This document shows, piece after piece, positions 1 to 8,331 of a stretch of DNA of 35,533 nt. A program made the translations under genes and the position numbers. Under the pieces are notes generated by a model. That model was given only the letters and a program-made list of their open reading frames with translations, was not told the DNA's origin and did no database searches. The first letter of the stretch is position 1. Every line of letters begins with the position of its first letter. The stretch comes from an uncultured Bacteroidales bacterium (lineage in GTDB: Bacteria; Bacteroidota; Bacteroidia; Bacteroidales; UBA932), in contig ONFK01000001.1 in assembly GCA_900317065.1 (NCBI GenBank), positions 1-35,533 of the forward strand, given 5' to 3'.

Positions 1-36
1 GTTTCGCTCTCGACAAAAGTAATTTTCAAAAATTTG
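1..36 (+). repeat. Terminal direct repeat, left copy (identical to 35498-35533)
   Basis: GTTTCGCTCTCGACAAAAGTAATTTTCAAAAATTTG is present at both ends. Confidence 0.98.
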
Positions 37-43
37 GCGCAAA

Positions 44-472
44 ATGAACAATGACGATTTAGTGACTACTTTCAGCCAGTGCCGGACCACGTCGTACTTC
101 TCGCTCGGTCCGGAGGCCCGCCTGGAATACACGAAGGCCTGCCGGATCATGATGGCCCGCGGTACGCTTCGCATCGGGGATCTACCCGTGGTTGCGGCGT
201 ATGCCCAGGCGCAGATTGACGTCCGGGAGGCGCAGAAGGAGATCGACCGGCTCGGCCTCGTCCTGGTTAGCGAGGATCGCTACGGGAATCCGAAGCACGA
301 GGCGAACCCGGCGGTCAAGATCCGGAAGGATGCGGCGAACCAGGTGTCCAACCTGGCCCTCATGCTCGGCTTCACGCCGCTCGGGAGAAAGCGCCTAAAG
401 GGTGAGGAGACGCCGCCGGAATCAGATCTGGACAAATTCATGAAGGGACTGAACGATGGTAGTAAGGCCTAA
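44..472 (+). CDS. terS: Terminase small subunit, P27 family
   Basis: C-terminal NPAVKIRKDAANQVSNLALMLGFTPLGRKRL motif; directly upstream of and overlapping terL. Confidence 0.9.
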   Translation: MNNDDLVTTFSQCRTTSYFSLGPEARLEYTKACRIMMARGTLRIGDLPVVAAYAQAQIDVREAQKEIDRLGLVLVSEDRYGNPKHEANPAVKIRKDAANQVSNLALMLGFTPLGRKRLKGEETPPESDLDKFMKGLNDGSKA

Positions 473-2132
473 GGTACAGCAGCGCGTCGAGCGGTATGTG
501 GAGGACGTGCTGTCCGGGAAGATTCCGTCTTGCCGGACGATCCTCCTTGCCATCAAGAGGTGGGAGCGCGACATGGCGAACCCGGACCTCTACATGGACT
601 GGGATGTGCTGACCACGTTCGACAAGTTCGCCTACGAGTTCAAGCACTACAAGGGCCCGCTTTCCGGCCAGCCGTTCCTCTTGGAGGACTGGGAACTGTT
701 CATCGCAGCAAACGTACTGTCGTTGAAGTGGAAGTCAACCGGTAGACGGAAGTACCGGCAGGCGGACATCGAGGTGCCCAGAAAGAACGGCAAGACCTTC
801 TTCGTGGCCGTCCTCGCCCTGTTCCTTCTCCTCCTGGACGGGGAGTCCGGTCCGGAGGTGTACACGGCTGCCACGGACCAGGCGCAGGCCCGCCTCTGCT
901 ACGACGCTGCCGAGACGCTCGTCAAGAGGTCCATCTTCGCGCCGATGGTCAAGATATACAACTGGGGCCTGAAGGTGCCGGGGTCCGTCGGTGTGTTCAA
1001 GCCCCTCAGCAAGGACACGGAGAACAAGGACGGCCTCAACATCAGTGCGGCCATCTGCGACGAGGTTCATGCGTGGCCGAACACGAAGATGATGGACGTG
1101 ATCAAGTCCGGCACCAGTGCTCGTGCACAGCCGGTCATCTTCAGGATCTCCACCGCCGGAATGGATGTTTCCGTCCCGTACTTCCGCGACATCGAGGACT
1201 ATATCAAGGAGCTGGATGGCGTTCTGCCCCTGGAGGAGGATCACTTCTTCTTCCTGTACACCCCGGACAAGGGTGACGACTGGGAGGACGTGGAAGTCTG
1301 GAAGAAGTTGAACCCGAACCTTGGCGTCTCCAAGACGTGGGACTACATGTGGAGCGTCTACAACGAGGCGAAGACACGGGGCGGTACGTATGTGGCCAAC
1401 TTCAAGACGAAGGACTTGAATATGTGGGTCGACGCCCCGGAGACCTGGATAGATGCCGAGGACGTCGAGGAGAATAACGCGCCCTTCGACTTGGAAGATC
1501 TTCGCGGTGCGGAGTGCTACGTCGGTCTGGACCTCGCGTCCAAGAGCGACATCTCCGCGGTGTGCCTCTTCTTCCCTGCCTATCGGGTGGCCCGCTTCCT
1601 GTTCGTGGTGCCTGAAGCGAAGGTGGATGAGGTGAAGGACCGGGTGGACTACCGCCTTTGGGCGGACCAGGGCTGGCTGACCGTCACCCCCGGCAAGGTC
1701 CTCGACGAGGACTGGTTCGTGGACTTCTTGCTACAGCAGCTCTTGCCCTATGACGTGAAGAAGGTGAGCTACGACCCCTGGGCGATGTGGAACATCGTTC
1801 CGAAGTTCAGCAAGTACAAGGACGAACTGCTCGCCGCGCAGCAGAGCATTCGGTACATGAGCGTCCCTTCCAAGTGGGTCCAGACTGAGGTGCTGCAGCA
1901 CCGGCTGAACTTCTTGGACAATCCCGTCATCCGGTGGATGTTTAGTAACGTGGTCGTTTATACCGATCCCAATGCCAATATCAAGCTGGACAAGGCCCGC
2001 AGCCGTAACAAGATAGACGGCGTGGTCGCTCTTGTCGATGCCGTCTTCGGATGGCTCGACGAAACGGGCGGTGAAACGAAGGAGATCTACAAGGAGCACA
2101 CGCTCCGTGTCATTTCAATGGAGGACGATTAG
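456..2132 (+). CDS. terL: Terminase large subunit
   Basis: Walker A VPRKNGKT, Walker B AAICDEVHAW, ISTAG coupling motif, nuclease motifs YVGLDLAS and KIDGVVA. Confidence 0.97.
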   Translation: MVVRPKVQQRVERYVEDVLSGKIPSCRTILLAIKRWERDMANPDLYMDWDVLTTFDKFAYEFKHYKGPLSGQPFLLEDWELFIAANVLSLKWKSTGRRKYRQADIEVPRKNGKTFFVAVLALFLLLLDGESGPEVYTAATDQAQARLCYDAAETLVKRSIFAPMVKIYNWGLKVPGSVGVFKPLSKDTENKDGLNISAAICDEVHAWPNTKMMDVIKSGTSARAQPVIFRISTAGMDVSVPYFRDIEDYIKELDGVLPLEEDHFFFLYTPDKGDDWEDVEVWKKLNPNLGVSKTWDYMWSVYNEAKTRGGTYVANFKTKDLNMWVDAPETWIDAEDVEENNAPFDLEDLRGAECYVGLDLASKSDISAVCLFFPAYRVARFLFVVPEAKVDEVKDRVDYRLWADQGWLTVTPGKVLDEDWFVDFLLQQLLPYDVKKVSYDPWAMWNIVPKFSKYKDELLAAQQSIRYMSVPSKWVQTEVLQHRLNFLDNPVIRWMFSNVVVYTDPNANIKLDKARSRNKIDGVVALVDAVFGWLDETGGETKEIYKEHTLRVISMEDD

Positions 2133-2133
2133 T

Positions 2134-2346
2134 ATGGACGACTTGAAACGAATGGTCACCCGGCGCGGCTTTTCCGATGTATTCTGGGAGCGCATCCAGA
2201 CCGATCGACGGAATGGTGGCAAGCTCACCTTCCGAGCCTGCTACTCGCAGATGGAGTTGGAGTATGAAGCCGAATACGGGGAGCCCAGATATCCGTCTTA
2301 TGAGGCGTTCCGTAAGGCGCGGGAACGACTTTCGAGACACAGATAG
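2134..2346 (+). CDS. Small hypothetical protein (70 aa, MDDLKRMVTR...) between terL and portal; possible regulator
   Basis: ATG 1 nt after the terL stop; fills the gap; basic C-terminus RYPSYEAFRKARERLSRHR. Confidence 0.75.
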   Translation: MDDLKRMVTRRGFSDVFWERIQTDRRNGGKLTFRACYSQMELEYEAEYGEPRYPSYEAFRKARERLSRHR

Positions 2347-2350
2347 CGCA

Positions 2351-2396
2351 ACGGGACAAATGTCCCGTCCGGAAGCGACCTTGTGCAATACCTTTG
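2351..2396 (+). promoter_or_regulatory. Candidate late promoter: palindrome ACGGGACA-AA-TGTCCCGT (2351-2368) plus Bacteroidota -7 box TACCTTTG (2389-2396)
   Basis: Perfect 8-bp inverted repeat 20 nt upstream of a TAnnTTTG box, immediately before the portal ATG at 2413. Confidence 0.6.
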
Positions 2397-2412
2397 CGCA
2401 AAGGTCGCTTCT

Positions 2413-3627
2413 ATGCCTCTATTTACACGCATAAGCAAATGGATGGCATCACGTAGAAGTGATGCTACCGTAACGGTGGCCCCTGACAGCATTGTCGGGT
2501 CGGCCGCCCCTTTTGGCGTATCCGTCAACAACCAGGCGGCGTTGAAAATCACCGCATTCTACGCGGGCATCCGCATCCGGTCGGAGAACATCGCATCCTT
2601 CCCGAAATACGTCAAGCGCCAGACCGAGGACGGCCTGGTCGACGACAAGCAGCATCCCGCCTACCGGGTGATCAACGTCAGGCCGAACTCATACACCAAC
2701 AAGTTCGACTTCTGGAACGTCATCAACACCTGGCTGGACGGATGGGGCAACGCCTACGCCTTCATCGAACACGATGGGAACGGCGATCCCGTCGCCCTCC
2801 ATCAGATCCATCCGACATGGGTGTCCGGCATCACCATCGTGAACGGGAAGAAGTGGTACAAGGTGACCGCCATGGACAAGGATTTCCGCTGGCTGGACGG
2901 CACCTATTCCGACGACAACATACTGCACTTCATGCTCGTGACGCTCGACGGCATTAAGGGCGTGAATCCGGTCATCTATAACGCCCTCTCCCTGGGCAAG
3001 TCCCTCGCCACCGAGAAGTTCGCCTCCGAGTTCTACGAGAGGGGCGGCAACCTCAAGGCGGTCCTGGAGACCGACGGCCACTTGGGCGACGACGAGTTCA
3101 ACGCCTTCATGGGCCACTTCAAGAAGAGCGCCCGCAACTTCGACACTCCCCTGCTCGAGTACGGGGTGAAGTACAAGCAGCTCTCCGTGAACCCGGTCGC
3201 GGCGGCCCTCATCCAGTCCGAGACGCTGAGCATCCAGGATGTGTGCCGGATCATCAACATCCCGCCGCACATGGTCGCGGAGCTCTCCCACGCCACCTTC
3301 AGCAACATCGAGCATCAGACAATCCAGTTCGTACAATACTCCCTCCGACCGACCGTGAAGCGGCTGGAGGACGAGCTGGAGCGCAAGCTCTTTACCGATA
3401 GCGAGCAGGAGATCTACAGCGTGAAGTTCTCCTTGGACGGCCTGCTCCGTGGCGACACCCAGGCCCGCAGTGCCTACTACCACAACGCCATCCTCGACGG
3501 CTACATGAGCCGCAACGAGGTCCGCGCCCTGGAAGGCCTCCAGCACAAGGACGGGCTGGACGACATGCTTTATCCTTTGAACACCGGGGTCGTCGGCAAG
3601 ACCGAGCCCGAAGACCCGAACGCATAA
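2413..3627 (+). CDS. Portal protein, HK97 family
   Basis: GNAYAFI, ILHF, GIKGVNP, CRIINIPPHMV, TFSNIEHQ and NEVRALEGL motifs; ATG at 2413 preferred over the upstream GTG. Confidence 0.96.
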   Translation: MPLFTRISKWMASRRSDATVTVAPDSIVGSAAPFGVSVNNQAALKITAFYAGIRIRSENIASFPKYVKRQTEDGLVDDKQHPAYRVINVRPNSYTNKFDFWNVINTWLDGWGNAYAFIEHDGNGDPVALHQIHPTWVSGITIVNGKKWYKVTAMDKDFRWLDGTYSDDNILHFMLVTLDGIKGVNPVIYNALSLGKSLATEKFASEFYERGGNLKAVLETDGHLGDDEFNAFMGHFKKSARNFDTPLLEYGVKYKQLSVNPVAAALIQSETLSIQDVCRIINIPPHMVAELSHATFSNIEHQTIQFVQYSLRPTVKRLEDELERKLFTDSEQEIYSVKFSLDGLLRGDTQARSAYYHNAILDGYMSRNEVRALEGLQHKDGLDDMLYPLNTGVVGKTEPEDPNA

Positions 3628-3631
3628 GACT

Positions 3632-4303
3632 ATGGACAAGATTTTAATGAGGGCTTTCGTGCCCGAGATCCGCAAGAAGAACACCGACACCAGGACGGTG
3701 ACCTTTGTTGCATCCGACGGATCGCGTGACAGCGCCCACACTGTCCTCAACCAGGCCGGCTGGGACCTCAAGCGCTTCAACGCGAATCCGGTCATCGGCT
3801 ACAACCACGAGGTCTACGGGGCCTGGGATACCAAGGACGTGGACTTCGTCATCGGCAAGGGCCGTGCCTACGTCGAGGACGGCAAGCTGCTCGTCGACAT
3901 CACCTTCGAGCCCAAGGAGTTCAACGAGCTGGCCGAGAAGGTCTACCAGAAGGTTCTCTTCGGCTCCCTGAATGCCGTCTCCGTCGGCTTCCTCCCCAAG
4001 GGGCAGGGCCGCTGGGGCGACGGTGAGGAAGCCTGTGGCGAGGCGAATGAGACCTACTACTACGCCGGTCAGGAACTCCTGGAGATTTCTGTCGTGAACA
4101 TCCCGGCCAACGCCAACGCCACCCGCAAGGGCGAGGATCTCGTCGCTGAGGAACTGGCGGCCCTGTACGCCGAGGATGAAGCGAAGAAGAAGGCCGAGCA
4201 GGAGCCTGAACCCGAACCCGAGCCGGAAGAGAAAGGCATGGATGCCGAGTCCGTGCTGCGGGAAGCAGACTTAATTCTGGCAGCGTCGGCTGCTATTGTT
4301 TAA
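3632..4303 (+). CDS. Prohead maturation protease, HK97 type
   Basis: Catalytic His in GYNH, Ser in AVSVGF, and LLEISVVNIPAN motif; lies between portal and capsid genes. Confidence 0.93.
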   Translation: MDKILMRAFVPEIRKKNTDTRTVTFVASDGSRDSAHTVLNQAGWDLKRFNANPVIGYNHEVYGAWDTKDVDFVIGKGRAYVEDGKLLVDITFEPKEFNELAEKVYQKVLFGSLNAVSVGFLPKGQGRWGDGEEACGEANETYYYAGQELLEISVVNIPANANATRKGEDLVAEELAALYAEDEAKKKAEQEPEPEPEPEEKGMDAESVLREADLILAASAAIV

Positions 4304-4323
4304 CCATAACCCCACACAAAACC

Positions 4324-5580
4324 ATGCGCAAAATCGCAGACATCCGCAAGGATCTGAAGGCCCAGATCGAATCCGTCCGGGCCATGGATGCTACGGCCGA
4401 CAAGGCTGCCTATGACGCCGCCGTGCAGAAGGCCGTAGATCTCGCCCACGAGTTGGACTCCGCCACCAAGGTCGAGGAAGCCGAGCAGCGCCTCGCCGAG
4501 AAGCAGCTGTCCGACCTCGAGAAGGGTGCGAACCGTTCCTTCTCCATCGTCAAGTTCATCCGTGAGGCCGCCGAAGGCAACCTCACCGGCCTCGAGGCCG
4601 ATGTCGCCGAGATGGGCGCGAAGGAGTACGAGCGTCTTGGCCTGGCCAAGAAGGGCTTCGTCCTTCCGTCCGCCGTTCTCCGCGCCTCCGCGGGTCAGAA
4701 CTACACCACCAATGCCGACGGCGGCTACGCCAAGTCCGAGATGGCCCCTCGCTACATCGACGGCCTGAAGGACCGGATGGCCATCGTCAAGCTCGGTGCC
4801 ACCGTCCTGAGCGACCTCGTCGGCACCCTGCCGCTGGTGGGAGCCGGCAGCATGACCGCCGCCTGGCTGGCTGAAGGCGACACCGCCTCCGTCTCCAAGG
4901 CCGCGTTCTCCCGCGTCACCATGACCCCGCACCGCAACGCCATCGTCGGCGCGTTCTCTAAGGACCTGCTCCGTCAGACCTCCATCGACGTCGAGCAGAT
5001 CGTCTGGAACAAGATCCAGGAGGCCCACGCCCGCCTGCTCGAGACCGCTGCTATCGCCGGTACCGGCGCCAACAACCAGCCTCAGGGTATCCTGAGCGCG
5101 CTCGCCGCGGTCACCAACACCCCGAACATCATCGCCATGGGCGCCAACGGTGGCGCCATCAACTGGGCGAAGGTCGTGGCTCTCGAGACCAAGATCAACG
5201 CCGGCAACGCCAACCGCGGCAAGCTGGCCTACCTGACCAACGCCAAGGTCGTCGGCGATCTGAAGACCATCGAGCGCGCCCAGAACACTGCCCGCTTCCT
5301 GTTGGAGGGCGACAAGCTCAACGGCTACCCGATCGAGTGGACAAACCTCGTCCCGTCGAACCTCACCAAGGGCACAGCCAGCCAGGTCTGCTCCGCGATG
5401 ATCTTCGGTAACTTCGAGGACCTTTATATCGGTCACTGGGGAGGCGTGGACGTGGTCGTCGATCCCTTCACCCTCGCCCCGAACGGTGACGTCCGCATCA
5501 TCCTCAACTCCTGGGATGACTGCAAGGTCGTGGAGCCCGCGTCCTTCGCTGCCATCGTCGACCTCACAACCAACGCCTAA
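4324..5580 (+). CDS. Major capsid protein, HK97 fold, with N-terminal coiled-coil delta domain
   Basis: GGY motif after a helical N-terminus, AAWLAEG, SKDLLRQ, GTGANNQPQGIL, LNGYPI, IFGNF. Confidence 0.96.
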   Translation: MRKIADIRKDLKAQIESVRAMDATADKAAYDAAVQKAVDLAHELDSATKVEEAEQRLAEKQLSDLEKGANRSFSIVKFIREAAEGNLTGLEADVAEMGAKEYERLGLAKKGFVLPSAVLRASAGQNYTTNADGGYAKSEMAPRYIDGLKDRMAIVKLGATVLSDLVGTLPLVGAGSMTAAWLAEGDTASVSKAAFSRVTMTPHRNAIVGAFSKDLLRQTSIDVEQIVWNKIQEAHARLLETAAIAGTGANNQPQGILSALAAVTNTPNIIAMGANGGAINWAKVVALETKINAGNANRGKLAYLTNAKVVGDLKTIERAQNTARFLLEGDKLNGYPIEWTNLVPSNLTKGTASQVCSAMIFGNFEDLYIGHWGGVDVVVDPFTLAPNGDVRIILNSWDDCKVVEPASFAAIVDLTTNA

Positions 5581-5591
5581 ATCTTGCCATC

Positions 5592-6089
5592 ATGGAAACC
5601 CGCGACATCCTTGAGATCACCAGCCCGTCCCTGGCAGACTTCCGCAGGCACCTGCGGATCACCTCGCACGATCTTGACGCAGAGCTCCACGCGAAGCTCC
5701 GCGCCGCGATCCTTTTGGCCGAGCATGAGATCTCCACGGTGATCGCGCTTTCCGTGTACGTCCTCTCCACCAAGTTCGTCAATCATATTGGACTGAGGTG
5801 GCCGGTCCGTTCGGTCACCTCAGTCAAGGTTGACGGCGAACTCGTCCGGGAGGAGGACTACACCGTGACGGAGAACGCCCTGTGCATCACGGGGGACGTC
5901 TCGGGCTCCAGGATGGAGGTAACCTACGAGGCCGGTCTCGAACAGGTCCCGGAGGACGTCCAGGCGGCTATCCTCCTGCTTGCCGGAAGCCTCTTCAACA
6001 ACCCTACCGACCGTCCGGAAGAGCGTGACCGCACCACGGCCCGCAACCTCCTGCGGCCTTACCGTACCTGGGGCGAGCATGGAGAATAG
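5592..6089 (+). CDS. Head-tail connector (gp6-like adaptor)
   Basis: LADFRRHLRI...DLD, YEAG, VPEDVQAAILLLAGSLFNN and LLRPYR pattern; follows the capsid gene. Confidence 0.88.
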   Translation: METRDILEITSPSLADFRRHLRITSHDLDAELHAKLRAAILLAEHEISTVIALSVYVLSTKFVNHIGLRWPVRSVTSVKVDGELVREEDYTVTENALCITGDVSGSRMEVTYEAGLEQVPEDVQAAILLLAGSLFNNPTDRPEERDRTTARNLLRPYRTWGEHGE

Positions 6090-6405
6090 GATCAATATCG
6101 GAGAGCTGGACACCCTCGTCACCATCCGGCGCTGTACCATCGGGTACGGCACCGACGGAGCGAAGAAGTATGTCTTCTCTGACCACTCCAAGGTGTACGC
6201 CAAGGTGGACCGTAACGTCTCCGAATTGGTGTCAAACACCAATCTTGAAGAAGGCCAGTATATCCAGCTGACCATCTACAAGATTCCTGAACTGACTACC
6301 CGCTGGCAGGTCATTGTTGACGGGATCTCCTACGAAATCACCGGCATCGACCCTATTTCCCGCGTCTCTCCCCTTTGTGAACTGACCATCCACGCCATAA
6401 GCTGA
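6079..6405 (+). CDS. Head closure / head-tail joining protein
   Basis: Starts MENRINIGELDTLVTI; YEITGIDP near the C-terminus; synteny. Confidence 0.8.
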   Translation: MENRINIGELDTLVTIRRCTIGYGTDGAKKYVFSDHSKVYAKVDRNVSELVSNTNLEEGQYIQLTIYKIPELTTRWQVIVDGISYEITGIDPISRVSPLCELTIHAIS

Positions 6406-6406
6406 C

Positions 6407-6892
6407 ATGCCCGGAGTATCACGCATAGAAGGTCTTGACGACTGCCTACGCTTCTGCGACAAGCTGCCGGAGAACGCCATGCGGGTGACGACTACGGCCA
6501 TGCGCGAGGCGTCGAAGAAGACTGCCCGGCAGATCCGTCAGAAGACCCCGCAGCGCTTCCGCCGTCTGGTAAAGTACAAGGTCTTCAAGGGGCAGGTCAC
6601 GGGGAACATGAACGCCCTCATCGGTCTGTTCAACAAGAGGCAGAAGGCGAATGGTAGCAGTCAGGTTCCGGACTGGTTCAAAGCGTACTGGAAGAATTAC
6701 GGCACCCTTAAGCACCGCGATCCTTCCCACAAGTTCGACGAGCCGATCAAGAAGAATGCACGGCGGCGGAATAACGAGGGCCAGCCCGCGGAGAACTTCT
6801 TTGAGGGCGCCATTGCCGGCTGGGAGGGCCCCTTCATGGAGGCCTTCAACCAGTCGATGAAAGAGCAGGAAAACAAACTGTACGACCGATGA
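6407..6892 (+). CDS. HK97 gp10-like tail completion protein
   Basis: IEGLDD N-terminus, NYGT and QPAENFFEGA motifs; synteny. Confidence 0.75.
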   Translation: MPGVSRIEGLDDCLRFCDKLPENAMRVTTTAMREASKKTARQIRQKTPQRFRRLVKYKVFKGQVTGNMNALIGLFNKRQKANGSSQVPDWFKAYWKNYGTLKHRDPSHKFDEPIKKNARRRNNEGQPAENFFEGAIAGWEGPFMEAFNQSMKEQENKLYDR

Positions 6893-7236
6893 CCGAATCT
6901 ATCAGATCCACTCTCGTGTCGGCGCTCAGGAACGCCGGTGTCTGTCTCGTTCTCTCCGAGGCGGAGACAAAACGCTATCCTTTCGTGACCTACGAAATGA
7001 CGGTCAATCCAATCCGGGACAAGGACGGCGTCCACGGTTACACCGGGCTCACCACGATCCGTGTCGTCTCCGACGATACTGACCAGGTGGATCAGATCAG
7101 GGCTACAGTAGAGGGCGCCATCGAGGACAGTATGAGGAATGAGACATACAGCAACCGTCTTACAGCGATTGACAAGGATTGCCTGGACGGAGTCTGGACT
7201 ATTGAATTGAGTTACACTTTTAGACAGATACGATAA
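6889..7236 (+). CDS. Tail terminator-like protein
   Basis: YPFVTY motif; located just before the tail tube gene. Confidence 0.7.
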   Translation: MTESIRSTLVSALRNAGVCLVLSEAETKRYPFVTYEMTVNPIRDKDGVHGYTGLTTIRVVSDDTDQVDQIRATVEGAIEDSMRNETYSNRLTAIDKDCLDGVWTIELSYTFRQIR

Positions 7237-7637
7237 TGGAAGGCTATAACATTGCATTCAAGCTCGGCGGGAAGACCCTCGAAGGTCGTACTCAGGACGA
7301 TCTCACCGTGGCCGCCCGCACCAAGGAATCCCTGACCAAGGATGACCAGGGGAATGCCCAGGTCGTCGTCTCCGGCCATGACATCACTTTCCGCGCGTCC
7401 GGCCTCATCAAGGCCACCGACGGTACCAACAGCAAGGGCCGCAACACTCTCCTGGCCGATGCCCTGAAGACCGGCAGCGCCGCGCTGCTGGAGTTCCTCT
7501 ATATGGGGTCGGACCTCACCTCATACACCGGCCACTGCATCATCACGAACTACAGCGAATCCTCCAACGCTTCCGATGAGGCCACCTGGAACGCTGACTT
7601 CCGTGTATCCGGCGACATGACCGCCGTAACGCCCTAA
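7236..7637 (+). CDS. Major tail tube protein
   Basis: ESLTKDD, ITFRASGL and YTGHCIITNYSESSNASDEATWNADFRVSG tube-protein pattern; synteny. Confidence 0.85.
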   Translation: MEGYNIAFKLGGKTLEGRTQDDLTVAARTKESLTKDDQGNAQVVVSGHDITFRASGLIKATDGTNSKGRNTLLADALKTGSAALLEFLYMGSDLTSYTGHCIITNYSESSNASDEATWNADFRVSGDMTAVTP

Positions 7638-7648
7638 CCCGTCCTGAC

Positions 7649-7996
7649 ATGGCGAAGGATTTCATCGCGATCAACGGTAAGCGCTACCGGGTCGAGGTCA
7701 ACTGGAACGCCACGACCGCCTATCTCCAGGCGGTGGGGCGCGACACCCTTGATGAACTTGCCAAGATTGACACCTTCCGTCCGTCCGAGCTGACCGCCCT
7801 GATGGCGGCCTGTATCGCGGAGGGAGAGCGTCTTGAGGGCAACCAGGATGTACCTTCTGCACTTGACCTGGGAGCTGTGATCACGCCCGCCCATGTGGCG
7901 GAGTTCCTGAAGATCTATGTGAGGCAGAGCGCTCCGCAGGTGGACATCGAGGATGCGCCAAAAAAAGAGGAGCGGGAGGAGGAGCCCGGCCTCTGA
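7649..7996 (+). CDS. Tail assembly chaperone (gpG-like)
   Basis: Between tail tube and tape measure genes; carries an in-frame A_AAA_AAA slippery site near its 3' end. Confidence 0.85.
   Translation: MAKDFIAINGKRYRVEVNWNATTAYLQAVGRDTLDELAKIDTFRPSELTALMAACIAEGERLEGNQDVPSALDLGAVITPAHVAEFLKIYVRQSAPQVDIEDAPKKEEREEEPGL
7960..7967 (+). other. Programmed -1 ribosomal frameshift site (CCA AAA AAA G)
   Basis: X_XXY_YYZ heptamer in the gpG frame; the -1 frame is open from here to the stop at 8328. Confidence 0.85.
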
Positions 7997-8328
7997 AGAT
8001 AGGACGGGTCCGGGGCTGGGCACTCGCCCGCCTCGGCCTGAGTCCTGAGTCCTTCGGGCTCCTTCGTGTAGGCGTGTTTTGGGAGGCAGTCATCGTATGG
8101 TCGGAAGACCGCGATGCGGACAGGAGGCAGCTCTTTACACTGATCCGGAATGTTGGTCACTCCCTCTTCAACCTGCAGCTCCAGATGAAGGACAAGATAA
8201 AACCCGAGAAGTATCTCCGGCTTCCCTGGGATGCACCGGCGGAAAGAGACCTATCCGAGCTGGACGAATCGGAGAGGAACAAATCCCTCGAGGCCCTCAG
8301 GGCCGCGATGAAGAAGATAAACTGGTAA
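7966..8328 (+). CDS. gpT-like C-terminal part of the frameshifted tail chaperone (gpGT fusion about 226 aa)
   Basis: -1 frame reads RGAGGGARPLKIGRVRGWALARLGLSPESFGLLRVGVFWEA...LPWD with no stop and has no ATG start of its own near 7966. Confidence 0.8.
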   Translation, partial: RGAGGGARPLKIGRVRGWALARLGLSPESFGLLRVGVFWEAVIVWSEDRDADRRQLFTLIRNVGHSLFNLQLQMKDKIKPEKYLRLPWDAPAERDLSELDESERNKSLEALRAAMKKINW

Positions 8329-8331
8329 GAC

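Noticed and set aside
2689-3795. 368-aa minus-strand ORF opposite the portal gene
   Set aside because: Shadow ORF caused by GC-rich codon bias; no motifs; the plus-strand gene is clearly real.
4300-5436. 378-aa minus-strand ORF opposite the capsid gene
   Set aside because: Same antisense shadow effect.
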